From contig OZ116700.1 of the NCBI GenBank assembly GCA_964199315.1, positions 4,154,001 to 4,218,000 on the forward strand: a DNA stretch of 64,000 bases. The letters are read 5' to 3'. The DNA is from Orbicella franksi. Its lineage: Eukaryota. Below, piece after piece: positions 48,225 to 62,200 of the stretch. The notes beneath the pieces are model-generated. The model was given only the letters and a program-made list of their open reading frames with translations, had not been told where the DNA came from and searched no databases. Within the stretch, counting starts at the first letter, position 1. Each line of letters opens with the position of its first letter. A program made the position numbers and the translations under genes.

Positions 48225-50570
48225 CACTGGGCCGTTACTTAAACAATTGCGGGTCATTTATCTCTCCCAAATGCAGCATCATTTAGAAGCAGTATTCCTT
48301 GAGCAAAATAATATTTTTGGGCGGGGAGAAGAACTTGGACTGGAATTTACACCGAAGACAAAACACTATCTCATCTTACTATAAGGCTTCAGCTCAGGGG
48401 AATTGTTAAGAGAACGAAAAGTGCACTAAACAGCCTCACGTCTCGCTTCAACCGCTTCCAACTCAGTCGACCATGATAAGACTTATGTTATTTCGGGAAG
48501 TACCAAAACTTTGCCGACCAAGGGATACAAATTCAGGACGTTAAGAAAACAGTTAAGGAAACAGCAGCACACGTTAACATTGTAGTACAATCTAACACAG
48601 CAGCACACGCAAAGAGACGTAAGAACTCATCATTGCTTCACTTTGCCGTTACAAGAGGAAAGACTACGTTTCAGCAATCAATGAACACATACTCATGATA
48701 AATACGAGCCATTAAACTAAATTCAAAGTTCTCGCTTATGTTTTTCTCAAGATTGACAAGAAAAGATGAAACGAGGCAGGTGGCTTTAGAATTTGAATCA
48801 TTTGCGTGTAAACGAATAAACCGTTATCGCAACTGCCACTTACTACCCAATAAACACAACGTACTTATAGATGAAACATCCCTGAAAATGAAAACGTTCA
48901 AATCACAAGCTATTTCAGCTTCGATAGCGTCTTCAACCCTCAGGAGCACAGGACGAAGAAATTTGACCAAAAATTATGGAATGCTGTTGTTTTGTTTTCC
49001 TATAAAATTTAAAACAGCGGCAAAATCAAATAAGCTTTTGGAGCGCCACTTCCCGATGTAAAGACCGCTATCTTGAAAAATTGTCAAAACCAATGCACCG
49101 CGGTCGAAGGCCGCACACCACTTATCGACTCAAGTGCAATCTCAAACAGCAGCCAACGTAAATGGGCGCACTCGATGTTTTACTCAACGTTTAATTTACC
49201 GCCAAATGTTTTGGTTCCAGTGACGGCTATGTCTAAAAGGTATAAATTACCAAAACTTCTATATTCACGACCGTGTACATAGGACCGTAACTTACACTGT
49301 GAACAAGTGCGGGTCAATTATCTCTCCCGGCCCAAATGCGGGACAATTTAGAAACAATATTCTTTAAGCAAAAGGAGTTTTATGGTGGGGAGAAGAACTT
49401 GCACGGACTTTGCATTGAAGAAAAAACACAGTTTCACCTTACTGTAAGACTTCAGCAGAGGGGAACCATTAAGAGAACAAAAAATGCACAAAACAGCCTT
49501 GCGTCTCGCTTGAAATGTGATCAGTTTAGCAACCGTTGTAACTCAGTCAACCATTATAATACTTATGTTTTTTCGGAAAATACCAAGACTTTGTCGACCA
49601 AGGAAGTGGATTCTAACACAGCAGCGCGCGCAAAGAGACGTACGATCTCAGGATTGCCTTACTATGCGGTCACAAGAGAAAACTTTCCGTTTCAGCACTC
49701 AATGCACACATACTCGTGGTAATAAGGAGCCACTAAAATAAATTCAAAGTTTTTGCATATATTTGTTAACAAGATCGTCAAAAAACGATGAAACGAGGAA
49801 AGTGGCTTTAGCATTTGAATCATTTGTGTATATGTAAACGAATAAACCGTTATCACAATTGCCACTCATTACTATAAACACAACGTACTAATTGCTGGTT
49901 TTCACTGTCACGCCATAAAAAATAAAAATCGTTTCCATTCAATAAATTAAGTCAAGAATCTGGTATGTGATAAATGAGTGATATATAAACAACCTCTCCA
50001 GGATTAAGGCCTGCGCGGTTTTTCATTCACGCGTTATTCGGAGAAGTGTTTGGAGACGCCATGATGGTGCTCCTGAAGGGCACCAACATAGCGGCCGCAA
50101 AGTAACAGAACCGTCTGTCATTTGACGAAACTAAAACTTCAGAAATGCTAGTAATTCAACGTCACATAAAACCCGGCAATACATGTAGGTAAAAATCCCT
50201 GAAAATGAAAACGTTCAAATCACAAGCTATTTCAGCTTCAGTAGTGTCTTCATTCCTCAAGAGCACAGGACGAGGAAAACTGAGTAAAATTCTTGGAATG
50301 CTAATGTTTTGTTTTTGCATAACATTTAAAACAGCGACAAAATTAATTTAGCTCTTGAAACGTCCGTAACGATGTAAAAAACCGCCATCTTGAAAATTTT
50401 GTCAAAATCATTGCACCGCGGTCGTAGGCCGCACACCACTTATCGATTCAAGAAGTGAAATTCAAAACAGCAGCCAACGTAAATGGGCGTAACATCCCAG
50501 CATTATTTTACTCAGCGATTAAAAAAGAAATATTTCCGTTTCAGCACTCAATGCAAACATACTCATGGTA
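48225..50570 (+). repeat. Diverged direct tandem duplication (~1-kb units 48225-49190 and 49280-50495; partial third at ~50530)
   Basis: Colinear blocks (gggagaagaactt, ttaagagaac.aaaa.tgcac, tgaaaatgaaaacgttcaaatcacaagctatttcagcttc, gcaccgcggtcg.aggccgcacaccacttatcga); unit 2 has a ~290-bp TIR-bounded insert at ~49891-50180. Confidence 0.85.
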
Positions 50571-51754
50571 ATTAAGAGCTTTTGGTAATACCTTCGAAGT
50601 ATCCGCATTGCTGAGGTTATCGAGAAGACACGAAATGAGACTTAGCATTTTATCATTTCTATATAAATAAATGAACACGGTGACAAACCGTGAGTGGCAA
50701 TAAGAAGAAATCCAGCGTTTATCCTGACGAGAAGGTAAAACATACCTGGAACTGACTGATCGGTGCACTATTTCCTGGTTATTGCCGATTTTCATGTGAC
50801 GTCATTATTTTCGAAAATTAAAAATCGCTAACCCTTCTGAAGTTTTATGTAAGACCCTCTAATAACTTGACGTTCTTCATTTCGTTATAGAGCCCGACGC
50901 GTGACATTAAAATGGCGACCCGAGAAGGCTCTCGCTTAGGTCCAAAGATGATTTATCGATCAAGTTTTTGCTAACTGAACAGTTCGTGCTCTAGAGGAAG
51001 TATTAATTTCAATGTGTCGGAGCCCTAGAGTAATGACTTTTCGTTTTAATAGCAAAACTCAAAGAGAGATGTTTCTGTTATTTTATGGCTACCATGCCGA
51101 ATTGACGCCCATCCGAGGGGCAAGAAGAATTTCGTTACAGCGCTTGATTAATCTCAGATAAGTCCACCGAGGCGCCCAACAGTTGCTTTAGAAACCAATC
51201 TCTTTGACACTTGTTTTCGAGTCAATGTCTAATAAAGCAAGTTTCCCTGTCGGAAATCATATGAATGCGAGAGCAATTCTGGATTTACATTTCGAATGTG
51301 CGTCTAAGACATGTACTCCGTTCTAGTAAATACGAGACGCATGAAACAGACAAAACTTATTTGGACTGTGAATCCGCTCATCTGAGACACCTTATTCGTT
51401 TTCTAAGGTAAACAAGGCCGATGGAAAATGCTTGGAATCATACTACAAGGTTAAAGACGAAAGAAATTGATCGACTTTTCCGAAAATACTGGAAGGAAAT
51501 ATGTCCCGGCCAATATCACTTTCAGGTACTTCTGTCACGTTCATTGTGACATGTCCAATGTGTCACGATACGTGCGTCACGCGGGGTTATTTGGGGCGTA
51601 AAGGGATTGACTGCCACGCACAAATTTCTTGGTGACATGCTCATTGACCTTTTTTTAGCTACCACACGATTAATGACTATTTTATGTGACGGCTCACATG
51701 AAATAGTCATGATTGCAAAACTTTAGACAAATTTCCTGATGCCTTTGGTGATAC

Positions 51755-51988
51755 CTGGGGCCAGTTTCTCGAAAGCCCCGGAAACTTTTCGGGCCCGCAA
51801 AGCCATTTTCAGTTAATCTGTATCTAAAAACCGAGATGTGTATACGCGTGAAACTTCTTGTATGAAGAGAACCTCTGTTCATATTACGAATACATGAATA
51901 AAAGAGCGCTGTAATCAGAAGGTTTGAGATTTTGCTACGGCTTTCCGGGTGCGAAAAGTTTTCGGGACCTTCGAGAAACGGGCCCCTG
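51755..51988. mobile_element. MITE (GGGCCCGTTTCTCGAA family)
   Basis: ~35-bp TIRs ctggggccagtttctcgaaagccccggaaactttt / aaaagttttcgggaccttcgagaaacgggcccctg. Confidence 0.75.
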
Positions 51989-54900
51989 ATATGTACTGTA
52001 CCTTCGATTCCGTGAAAATTTTTACTCTCTGTCAACAAAAAAAAAAAAAAAAAAAAAAAAATTGCTCGGCGAGTCTGGTACACAAACCTTCCAGACCTTC
52101 CAGCGTTGTGTTTTTTTTCTAGTAAGTAGTTGAGGCTTTTCGGGTCTGCTAATTTTGTAATTTGTCTTTTCATGTATTTTAACGAGTTAAAACTCTTTAA
52201 TAAATGAATAATAATTCGTTTTTAGAATGCGGAAACGAAATGCTATTTTATTCCTCAGTTACAACTTCCCTTGCGTCTGAAATGCCCCCGTTTAAGCCAA
52301 CACGTATCAAGTGTTTTGTGGGAAGTACTTAAACGAGAAAACAATGGAAAGCGAGCACATAAATGACCCGTAATGAGAGAATTGGCACAACAGTGTCTTT
52401 CTTCATAGCACTGAAGTAAAGAGTGTAGATTTACTCGCGTTCTGTCATGGCCAAGTTGAAAGGAACAACCGAACAAGAGGATTCAAGCCAACCAGGGTAT
52501 GTACAATTCTTGTCATGATAATTTCTAAGAATTCAAAGTTCAGTTTTAACCGTCTCCCAAAGAAACTTTCAGCCTCCTTTTCAAGGAAGAGGAATCCATT
52601 CGCTATGAGAGTTCCACTGCTAGTGATCACAGAGGTCAATATGCTCCGTTATTTTCCTGTCGTAGAATAAACACTGCTCCAGTAAGACGCAATTTTCCGT
52701 TTTGAGTTTTTACTAATGACTTTCTTCAGTAAAGAAATTAAAAACAGAACGTTATCTAACTATTAGCTAAAAACTTCCTCATAACCTATAAGGGAAATAG
52801 GCCAACAATTACCGTCAAAAGCGCTCTCTAAACGAGCTTACTGTAGAGTTAAACAATTAAGCGGCACTACTTAACGCGGAAACAGCTGACTTTCCGAATA
52901 TACACATCGTTTACTTGCAATTATGTAGCATATCTATTGTGAACCAACTCTCTTTAGGATTACGTCATCTTGGTGTCAGTTCCAATTCCTCACTGAACAC
53001 CGGCCAAAACGTAACGTTTTATCATTTCGGTTATACAGTTTATTTCGGTAGCCTTGTTCAAACCGGTTGACATTATTCTCGCCAAAATCATCGACTTGAA
53101 AAATTCGCAATGTCATGCCCGTATTCCTGCCGTATTGTGTTCTTCCGGAGCAAGTCAAAAGCCAAGAACCAATCAAACCATACCAAAACTACAGCACTTC
53201 ATGGTTGAATAATAAAGCAGCTACACTCATTGGGTAGCTGAATGCATCACATCTCCCCTTGGTTTTGAACATGGAGAGATAACCGACTAAATTAGATTAC
53301 ATGAACTTTCCCGAGCTAAACTAGCTTTCCGTTAAGCTTAAATAAGGTTGACTCATGAAATAATTGTGAAAACTGCGAAATAATTGTTGTGACGTATAAC
53401 CGGCAAAGCGACAAACTCTGTGGACGTGTTGTTAATTGTCACCCTAAGCTTTATCTTTCGAAACAGCAAAATAAGAAGTAGCTGTAGTAGCACAACTATC
53501 TTGGTTTGCTTCTTTAATACATTTTTGGCCTTCACAGTCACGTCATCAAAACCAAACCTGAATTAATTATAAAGTATACAAACAATGGCAGAAATTATTC
53601 CAGAGTTGGACGAACGCGAACTTGAGCCTCGTGTGATAATTCGATCAAACAGACGGATCATCCGTCCAGGCGAACAACTGTAGTTCTTCTGTCATGGAAA
53701 ATTATAAATCTGGACGGATCATCCGTCCCTATGCTCGTATTTAAACACCGATGAATTATCAGACGCCCTTTGTATAAAATTCGTTCATGAATAACCTGAA
53801 CACTTCAATCAGTAAAATGGGAAATAACTGAAGGTTAGCTTACCCAGATCAGCGAAAGTTATCTTCTTATTTAACGAATAGATTCGTTGAGGATGCAGCA
53901 TCCCTGTACTGACCTTAGAAAAGCGATAAATAGTCAATTCATAGCTTGGTGGATCTACAATTAGATACTGAGTTGTCCAAGTCGCGTTTATATTGCGTGA
54001 CCTACGTCAAACAAATGGCCAAATGTCCAAAATCGGAATAAGGATTACGGAACAGAGAACGGGGAACGAAGAACGGGGAATCTTTATGACAAGAATCTTT
54101 AAATGCGGGAAAATTAAGAGCAAAATCACCAAAAGACTGGAAAAATTTCAGCAGTATTGGGCTACTGAGAAAATCCCTCATATACAGCTTTTTTAGATTC
54201 CCCGGACTTGCAGTTGTGCAATTTCGTTCGCGTTAATGCAGAGTTAGTTAGGTGGTAACTAGGCTCGAGTTCGGGGAGGAACAGATCGGACGCCAGAGAG
54301 TGGCGGAAATCGAGCCTAGATGGTAACTAATATCAACTGTCGGAAAATCATTCCTTTCAAAATGGGAAGACGATTGACCTTTCATACATGGTGACTGCGC
54401 TATTCCCAAACAATTTTCCTGTTTTGACACAGCTATCATTACACAAATATGTAAAGAACGACAGACCTAGACTTGGTTTTCCCAGCTGTCTCAAGTTTTC
54501 CCAATCCTTCTCCTGTGCTAAGCTGAATTAAGGAAAGGAAGTTATTTATATTTTCCCCATAATTGTCGTTGTTAGTGTTGTTCTCTTTAAACTGCGAATT
54601 GCCCTTTATTGTGCTGGAAACAGTAAATAATCCAACCGAAAATGAACACATACATAATACAATAATCGGCCGACTGTAAACACGTGCAGTACAAAAACAT
54701 ATGTCAATCGATGACGTCTTTCTCTCGATTACATAACGTGACACACTCGATTACATAACGCCACATTACCGATCATAGCGCTGGAAATGTTACCTTGAAT
54801 TAAACCGGATTGTGTTAAAAAAAAAAAAAAGAAAAAGAAAAAAACACAGTTATTCACGAAGATGGCTTCAATACTATCGATCAGAGTATAGTTCTTTGGC

Positions 54901-56162
54901 TCCATATGCAGATAAAAAATATATAAATTGATAAACAAATAAATAAATAACAACAAAACAATATATTTTCGTTGCCTGTAAGAAAATCCTGTTTAAAATT
55001 GCTCTTATGCTTGCTTTCTTAAGAATGGCAGTTCCTGGTCAGTGAAGAACGTAATTTGATCAAATGAAAACGTGTCGCAAGGTGAAGGTGAAGCACGGGA
55101 GTTCCATGTGCGTGTTATGACACCGTGACGTTATGTGTAGCGTGATTGATGCGAAGCGTGACTGTTCCACTTCGTTTGTACGCATCTTCTCTTTGGCACT
55201 TCCTATACGTTTGAAAAAAACATTTACGTATTGTTTAGGCCATTTGATTAACTTTTCACTGATTGAAATAAAATCTACATTTTCTTGGTTTTCATTTATA
55301 TAGCTAGATCTAAAATGCTAATAAAAGAAACTCTCAAACAGTTTTCATTTTCTCTTTAACTTGATGGTAACGACCATATAAAGGAGATTTCTGATTTTCA
55401 TGCCTTTTGTAAAATCAGTCTAATTTGGTAAAGGAAAAGGAAAGAATGTCAGATATCCAGAGGGCGCCATCCGTTTTTGCGATGCGACAGCGGAGGTCCT
55501 GACAATAAATAGCTTTGTGATAAATAGCCGTCTGATGCTAAGGCGTTGAAGAACGAACATAATGAATTTAGGTTCGGCGAGGTCATTTTCCTTACTTATT
55601 TTATTACACCGCGAAATTTTGTATGGAGGTTTCAGAACCAGTCTGTTGTGGTATTCAAGTCAGGAAGCATGTGTTGTCTTGTTTTGTTTCTACGAAGGCT
55701 GGCCCGAGCGGCTTGTAACTTGGGGCTGTTATTATTTTAGTTGTTATTGAAATGTTCTAGGTCAGCTTTTTTAAACAATAATCAAGTGAAAGTAAGGCTG
55801 TCAATGCATTTGATGAAACTGTGTTCATTCCACTGTACTTCTAACGATTTTAAGGCTATTTTATTATTCCCACCTTTCGTGTTCACGTTGAAATTTTGAA
55901 CTGCCCTTTGAGTGATATCTTTTGGCTGTGTAAATTATACATTTTCTTCATCCTTACCATTCAATAACAACAGCTTATTTGAATAGCTTATGTTACGGCT
56001 TAAATTATTCGCATCACGTCCGATGCACCACGTGTGCTATTTAGATGTTAAAACTTCCTCGTTTTCGGTTTAAAACTAGGCATCACGTCATGGCTTTCGG
56101 AATCCAGCTGTCGGACTTCTTAAGCCAAAAGTGTCTTAGCATCAGTACTGGCCGTTTTCTCG

Positions 56163-56248
56163 ATGGCTGCAAGAAGCGAGGAAATTATCTGCTCTACCTC
56201 CGACGATTTCGCGACCACGCGAAAAATTGACTTTAGCGACTCACAAAG
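56163..56248 (+). CDS. Candidate alternative first exon 1a of the Patched-domain gene (MAARSEEIICSTSDDFATTRKIDFSDSQ)
   Basis: ATG...AG|gtatct phase-2 donor, compatible with acceptor ttgcag|T at 60107; paralogous to 58356-58432. Confidence 0.6.
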
Positions 56249-59200
56249 GTATCTGTGAATTGTACATTTTCATATTGTACTCCCTTTTATGGTTCACTAA
56301 CTTTGTTTCATGCAGACCGAAACATTTGCCTAACGACAGCCAAAAAAGTGAACTTCTTTTGAGTGGAAGAAACATATACTTTCCTGAAATGTCGGTGTTT
56401 TGAAATTTGGCTCTCGAAAGGGGTAGCGCGCGAGCCGATCATCTCTTTCGAACTCCTTCTGGATCGTAGAGTTAAATGCGAGAGAAGAAAAGATTTTCCT
56501 CGTGGCTAGTGCATCTATACGTCCATAGTGCAGTGTTTTGACGGAAGTGAGAGACTCGAGCGAGGACGAAACGTAAACGGACAGCGACGTTCGGGAGTTT
56601 TAAAGGCTTTTGACTGAAGGTTTATATACAAGGAAGCGAAGTGTTATGATGGTAATAGGGCACAATACGAATGAAATGCTGCGCCATGCATCACTGAAAT
56701 TCGAAACTAGAAAGTTATAGTTTTGTTTTGATGAACGCGGAAGTAGAGCCGAAGGACGTTGCTAAGAGACCGTTCAAACTGACGTCTCATCCCATGAGAT
56801 CTTTATCAGGAAAAAAAAAATAAAACGAAACGAGGAAATTTGTCTTGCCATTTGTTTGTTTCAGTTGGAGTGGCATGACTGAGAATTACCTGTAGGCGCT
56901 CTCTATGTCACGCAACGCTACGTAGCGTACCACTTCTAACGTTCAACATTTTTAGACTACACGTGGGAACCACACGCGCGGACTGTCAGACTCAACAAGA
57001 CAAGACACATATAGCGATGCTTCTTGTTTATACACATTGACGTCATTCTTAGATATGCGCACTTTAGTGGTTGGCAAAACGCCGGCTTCGTTTTGTTTTC
57101 ATGGCTTCCCAAGTGCGATTCCGAGTGCGTAAAAAGTCTCGATCCTGTCTCATGATCGCGATATCATTTTAAATTAAGCTACAACAAAGGTGCAAGTAGC
57201 CTTCCCGACCCCCACAATTTGAAAGGGTGGACAAATAATCCCATTTCTTGGCCAGACTTAACATCTGGGGATCTGTACACGTATTTAATCGAAACGCCAG
57301 GAATTTACACGAAGGAGAGTCTAAAATCCTTCAAGTCGCTTGAAGCGTGTCAGTTTGTCATCAGTGGCCAAGTTAAACCATTGTGGTGTCATTCAGTTGG
57401 AGACAATATCCCTTACTGCTTCATTAAAGGGAAAGTAATTCTCTCCCAGAGAATTAACGATCAGCCGCACGATGCGGACTAGTGAGGACTCGGACGGCGT
57501 CCAATCCTTCCTACGAACTGCATTGATCCAAGCGGTCCGCTTTGGTTCACTTTCAAGAAATCTAAAAAAAATTTATTCCCGATGCATTTGTGAACCGATT
57601 TGTACAATTTATCACGCAGTAGCTCACCGGCATTCTCTCCACAAACCCTTTTCTTAGGCAGTAAATTTACAAGGAAACATCAAGCCACGTCGTGTTTTTG
57701 CCAACCACAGAAATAAACAACCCCACGTGACCTAGGCATCACGTCGCGGGAAACATCGCCACAAGCGAAGCGAATTTGACTCTTACAAAACAAGGTCTCT
57801 TTAGTAATCAATTAGTCAAATCTCGAGTCGCTCCGCGGCTTATACCCGGTTTCATTTTAAAGAGATCTAAAGTTCCAAACTTACAAGTACACAAAAATCA
57901 TTTGAAAATATCAAAACATTGTAAACCAACATCCCCATACGCAAGTGCAACTCAAAAGCTGTCACTTGACACTGGTCACGTATTGGAACTCTCTTTACAT
58001 GTAGTTGTCAGTTAAAATTAAGGCTTTCATTGTACTGTCGGTTTCAAGCCATGATTACTATCCAATAAGAAACGGTTTCTAAAGCAATTAGCAATTCAAT
58101 CGAGTTGATGCTTAGAATATTCAGAACATCCAAACAATCATATATAGACTCGTGAATGACGTTAAACCTTCTAACTTACAGTTTCCAAAAGCTGTTCGAC
58201 TTCCTAGTTTTTGGTTTGTAAAAGTCGATTATGATCTGCATGCAATAGGTTAGCCAAGAGTTTTGAAATGAGCTGGCCGTCGAACTGCGATGAAAGAGAC
58301 TTATCAGTTCGTGGGTTTGTTAAGCTAACAACATTGGGGTAGCAACGATTTCTCGATGGCTTCAAGAAACGAAGAAATTATTTGCTGTGCATCAGACGAG
58401 ATAACTACAACGAATAACCAAAACTTGAAGAGGTACCTATGTATAATATATTTTTATCATCGATCTCCTGAAACCAAAAAAATATTTTTAAACCGAAAGA
58501 TTTTCATTTTTTTATGGATATCGTCATGCAAAACAAACGTGCACACTGATTAATCTATGTTAAAGTTATTACGCAGTGATTGAAATTCATCAGTCAGTAT
58601 TTGGCTCGCAGATTAGTTTATAGTAACCTTCATTTTAATTAGGATGTGGACGCAAAAACGAAAAACGAACGACGAAAAGTCGCCCTGCCGCTAGCCTTCG
58701 TCCAATCGCGTTCAACAGTCGTTTTGTGCTGACGGACAGCAATCAGGGTAAATCGAACAGAAAAAAACCCTCACTTTGTACCTGCAAGCGTGATTGCTAA
58801 ACAATGATACAGAAATTTTGTTTATCACCATCTTAAATAATTGAAAACGGTCGTAATATTTAGAAATCCGAGAAGAAAAAGTTATAAAAGCGTCAAATGC
58901 AAACTTTTCTTAGGGGTGTTTAAGACAAGGAAGTAAACTAATTTGAAGAAAAGGTGAATGCGGAAGCGTAGCACAGAGCTGTTGCTAGGGACCTTGGTTG
59001 CCAAGGTTACCATTGTTTTTCTTACTATTTTTCAAGACATCAAACGTCAACCACAGAATAAGGAAAAAGACAATGCATTTTTGCCACTTTGTACATGTGG
59101 ATTCCAGACTCTGAAGGGGCATGCATACGGTGGCGATGTCATTTTGAAAATTCTGGTTGATGAATAGCTTCGTTCCAAAGAAATTTGACTTCCAGTAGAG

Positions 59201-62200
59201 TTAAATTAGCCAGCAGGTAATACAAAATATCGTTGTTTCAAATCATGGCTTCGACGCTTTTTCGAAATTGTTGAATTATTACTAGCCTGCAGGACAGGCA
59301 GATTAGCGGGGCAGAGAGCGAAACGCGATACACGAGCGTGGAGCGCGACCACGAGCGCGAAGCGCGAGACGGAAAAAAAACTCGTGCTTCGCGCTCGTGT
59401 ATCGCGTTTCGCTCTCTGCCCCACAAATCCGCCTGTTCTGCAGGCTAAATTATTACCAATCACAGAAATGTTGAGATGATATTAAGTTGAAGTCATTACC
59501 TGTTGAACCCACCAGAAAGGGGCCAAATTCCTAACATGCGAATTTAACAAAAAAACAGTATAATTAGAAATTGCAGCGCTACATGAAAGTGTTGCTAAAT
59601 CACTTTTACTTCAGTAGCCAAGACTTATGTTTTATTTACGCTCTTAAATTGTTTGAACATCCTTGCACAGCTTGATAGATAGTTCCACATGGAGGCTTGT
59701 TCACTAGGATTTCATCAACATCTTCATGTTCAGGCAGTTCACTTTAGACAGAGCAATAGCAGTACCACATGAAAGTACTGTTATAAATCTTCCATGTAAA
59801 GGCCTGACACTAAGTTTAATCCACAAACTCGCAAGTTGAAACCACCTTGTACAGCATAAAAGTGCTAATAAATAGTAAATAGTTTCAGTAAAGTACTAAA
59901 GTACTGCTTAATAGAAACAGTATAGTAAAGGACGCCACAAAATAGTACTCTGTAGCAATCAACTGCATGTCGGCCACACATTTAGGTCTTAGTCACAGGT
60001 TTTACTGGGATCGATAAGGTTTAAGGCTTCATTCGCATATTTATTTGTAGTTGATGACAAATCCAGTAGGCGTTTTCTGATATTAGTATTATTTTTGAAA
60101 TTGCAGTTGCTGCTTTCCACGCCAATTTAATCCATGTCGCCTGTGGTCGTCGTTCTGTAGCTGGTATTTGCGTCTTGTGGAGCGCTTCTTCGCTTGGTAT
60201 GGTGGAGGAATTGCAAAGCATCCACTGATAACAATCCAAATATGTATCGTATTTGTCAGTGTCTGTTCCGTGGGATTCATTTGGTTCCAAACAGAAAACA
60301 GAACTGTAAATCTGTTCATCCCTCAAACCAGCCAGGCATTAGATGACTTAGACACAGCCGAAAAATACTTCCGAGTGAAAATTCGAGAGGAAATCGTCAT
60401 GTTGGAGGCATCCTCTGATCGTGCCAATGTTCTTGATCCTGAGTGTCTCAAGCAGGCCTTCAGGGTCCACAACGCAGTTATGGAAGTGGAATCTTATCTC
60501 GAATTCTGCGTCACGCTGTCAGGGAACAAATCCAAATCACAAGACGATTGCATGATGGTCAGCCCGCTGGAATTTGTGCAGTTCAATGAAAGTAAGCTAG
60601 ACGGTAAAAACCTAAATGAGATTCGACAGGACCTAGACAAAGCGTTAAGCGGCACTGCTCTCATGCGCAATGGACGTCCCTTCCGGTTCAGCTTCAACCG
60701 CATGTTTGGCAGTGTCAAACGAGAGCGTGGAAACATAGCCAGCGCTAAAGCATTACAGATGGTGTATTCCATGCGTGACCCAAGTGACGAAGACGAGAAC
60801 GAAAAAGTTCTGAAATGGGAGAAGAATTTCATCGACAAAATGGCATCGTTAGAGGACGAACTCTCTTGCTTCAAAGTCCACTACTCAAGTGAGAGAAGCC
60901 TGGACGATGCTATTGCCGAAAGCAGCGGATCTGACATTACACTGGTTTCAATCACTTTCACTCTCATGATCAGCTTTGCTAGTTTCATGCTTGGAAAGTT
61001 CTTGAATCCGCTGACCGGTCACTCCTTGCTCGCTAACGCAGGAGTGTTTGCAGTGGCCCTGGGTATTCTAGCTGGGTTTGGTGTCGCCATGTGGTTTCGG
61101 GTACCATTCGTCAGTATCGTTGGAGTCTTGCCGTTCTTGGTTCTGGGAATCGGCATCGATGACATGTTTATCATGGTGGATGAGCTTGATCGACAGCCAC
61201 GTGAAATGACAATGATCCAAACTATTAAAACCGTTATGAAGCATGCAGGAGCAACTGTTACCATGACGACAATGACAGATTTGGTGGCGTTTGCAGTTAG
61301 CACTTCTACATCATTTCCAGCGATAAAGTAAGACAATAAATTTGTTGTTTGATTAAATCGCTTTTGTTATTTGTCCAAATAAATCGATTGCTTTTATCGG
61401 CGAAACAAAATATCAACATTCAATTCTCCTAATCATTTTCCATACATTTCCTCTAAAGTAGTTGGGACAATTTGTTTAATCAATCAATGTCAAGGTATCT
61501 TCTCCTCGGTACATAACAGTTTCTCTCGTGGCTGTTTGCAAATAATAAACAGAAAAATTTCACTGGCCTTGACAAGGTGTGGGATATCCCACACAAAAAT
61601 GTGAACCGTTCTAAAATCTAAAATGAACACATGGTACAAGACATGGCACACAAAAAACGCAAAAGTCATGTGTAATGCTCGTTTGTGGATGCGTTACCCC
61701 AAAATCTTAAAGTTAATCAGAGGTACAGTTTCATCGAGTTTTATAATTAACTTTGAATGAACACTTCCTTCAATTTAGGTATTTCTGTATCTACGCTGCG
61801 CTGACAGTGACCTTCTCCTTCCTTATGATTGTCACATACTTCGTGGCCATTATGTCATTTGACGTGAAGAGAATAAAGTCAGGCCGCAGAGATTGCTTAC
61901 CATTCTGCCTTGCGCCTCGGCCGAAAGAGGGAGGGCCAGAATGGGATGAACCTGTTCCACAGACGTCAAATCGGGCCATGAAGTTGTGGGGTACATTGTT
62001 GACAAACCCAGTAACAAAAGTTGTGGTTATATTCTTGTCGCTGGCGTTGCTTAGTGCTGGGATATACGGGGTCACCCAAGTGGATGAATCGTTTGACAGA
62101 CGAATCCTGGCAAAAGATGATTCTTACTTGAGACGATTTTTGTCCGCGGAAGAAAAGCATTTTGTGCTGTCCATCCAAGTGAGCATCGTGGAGAGTGGTG

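Noticed and set aside
55440-55760. GC-richer segment considered as a possible ncRNA (7SK/RNase P-like)
   Set aside because: No diagnostic conserved boxes could be matched by eye; it may be promoter or UTR of the Patched gene. An Rfam cmscan would decide.
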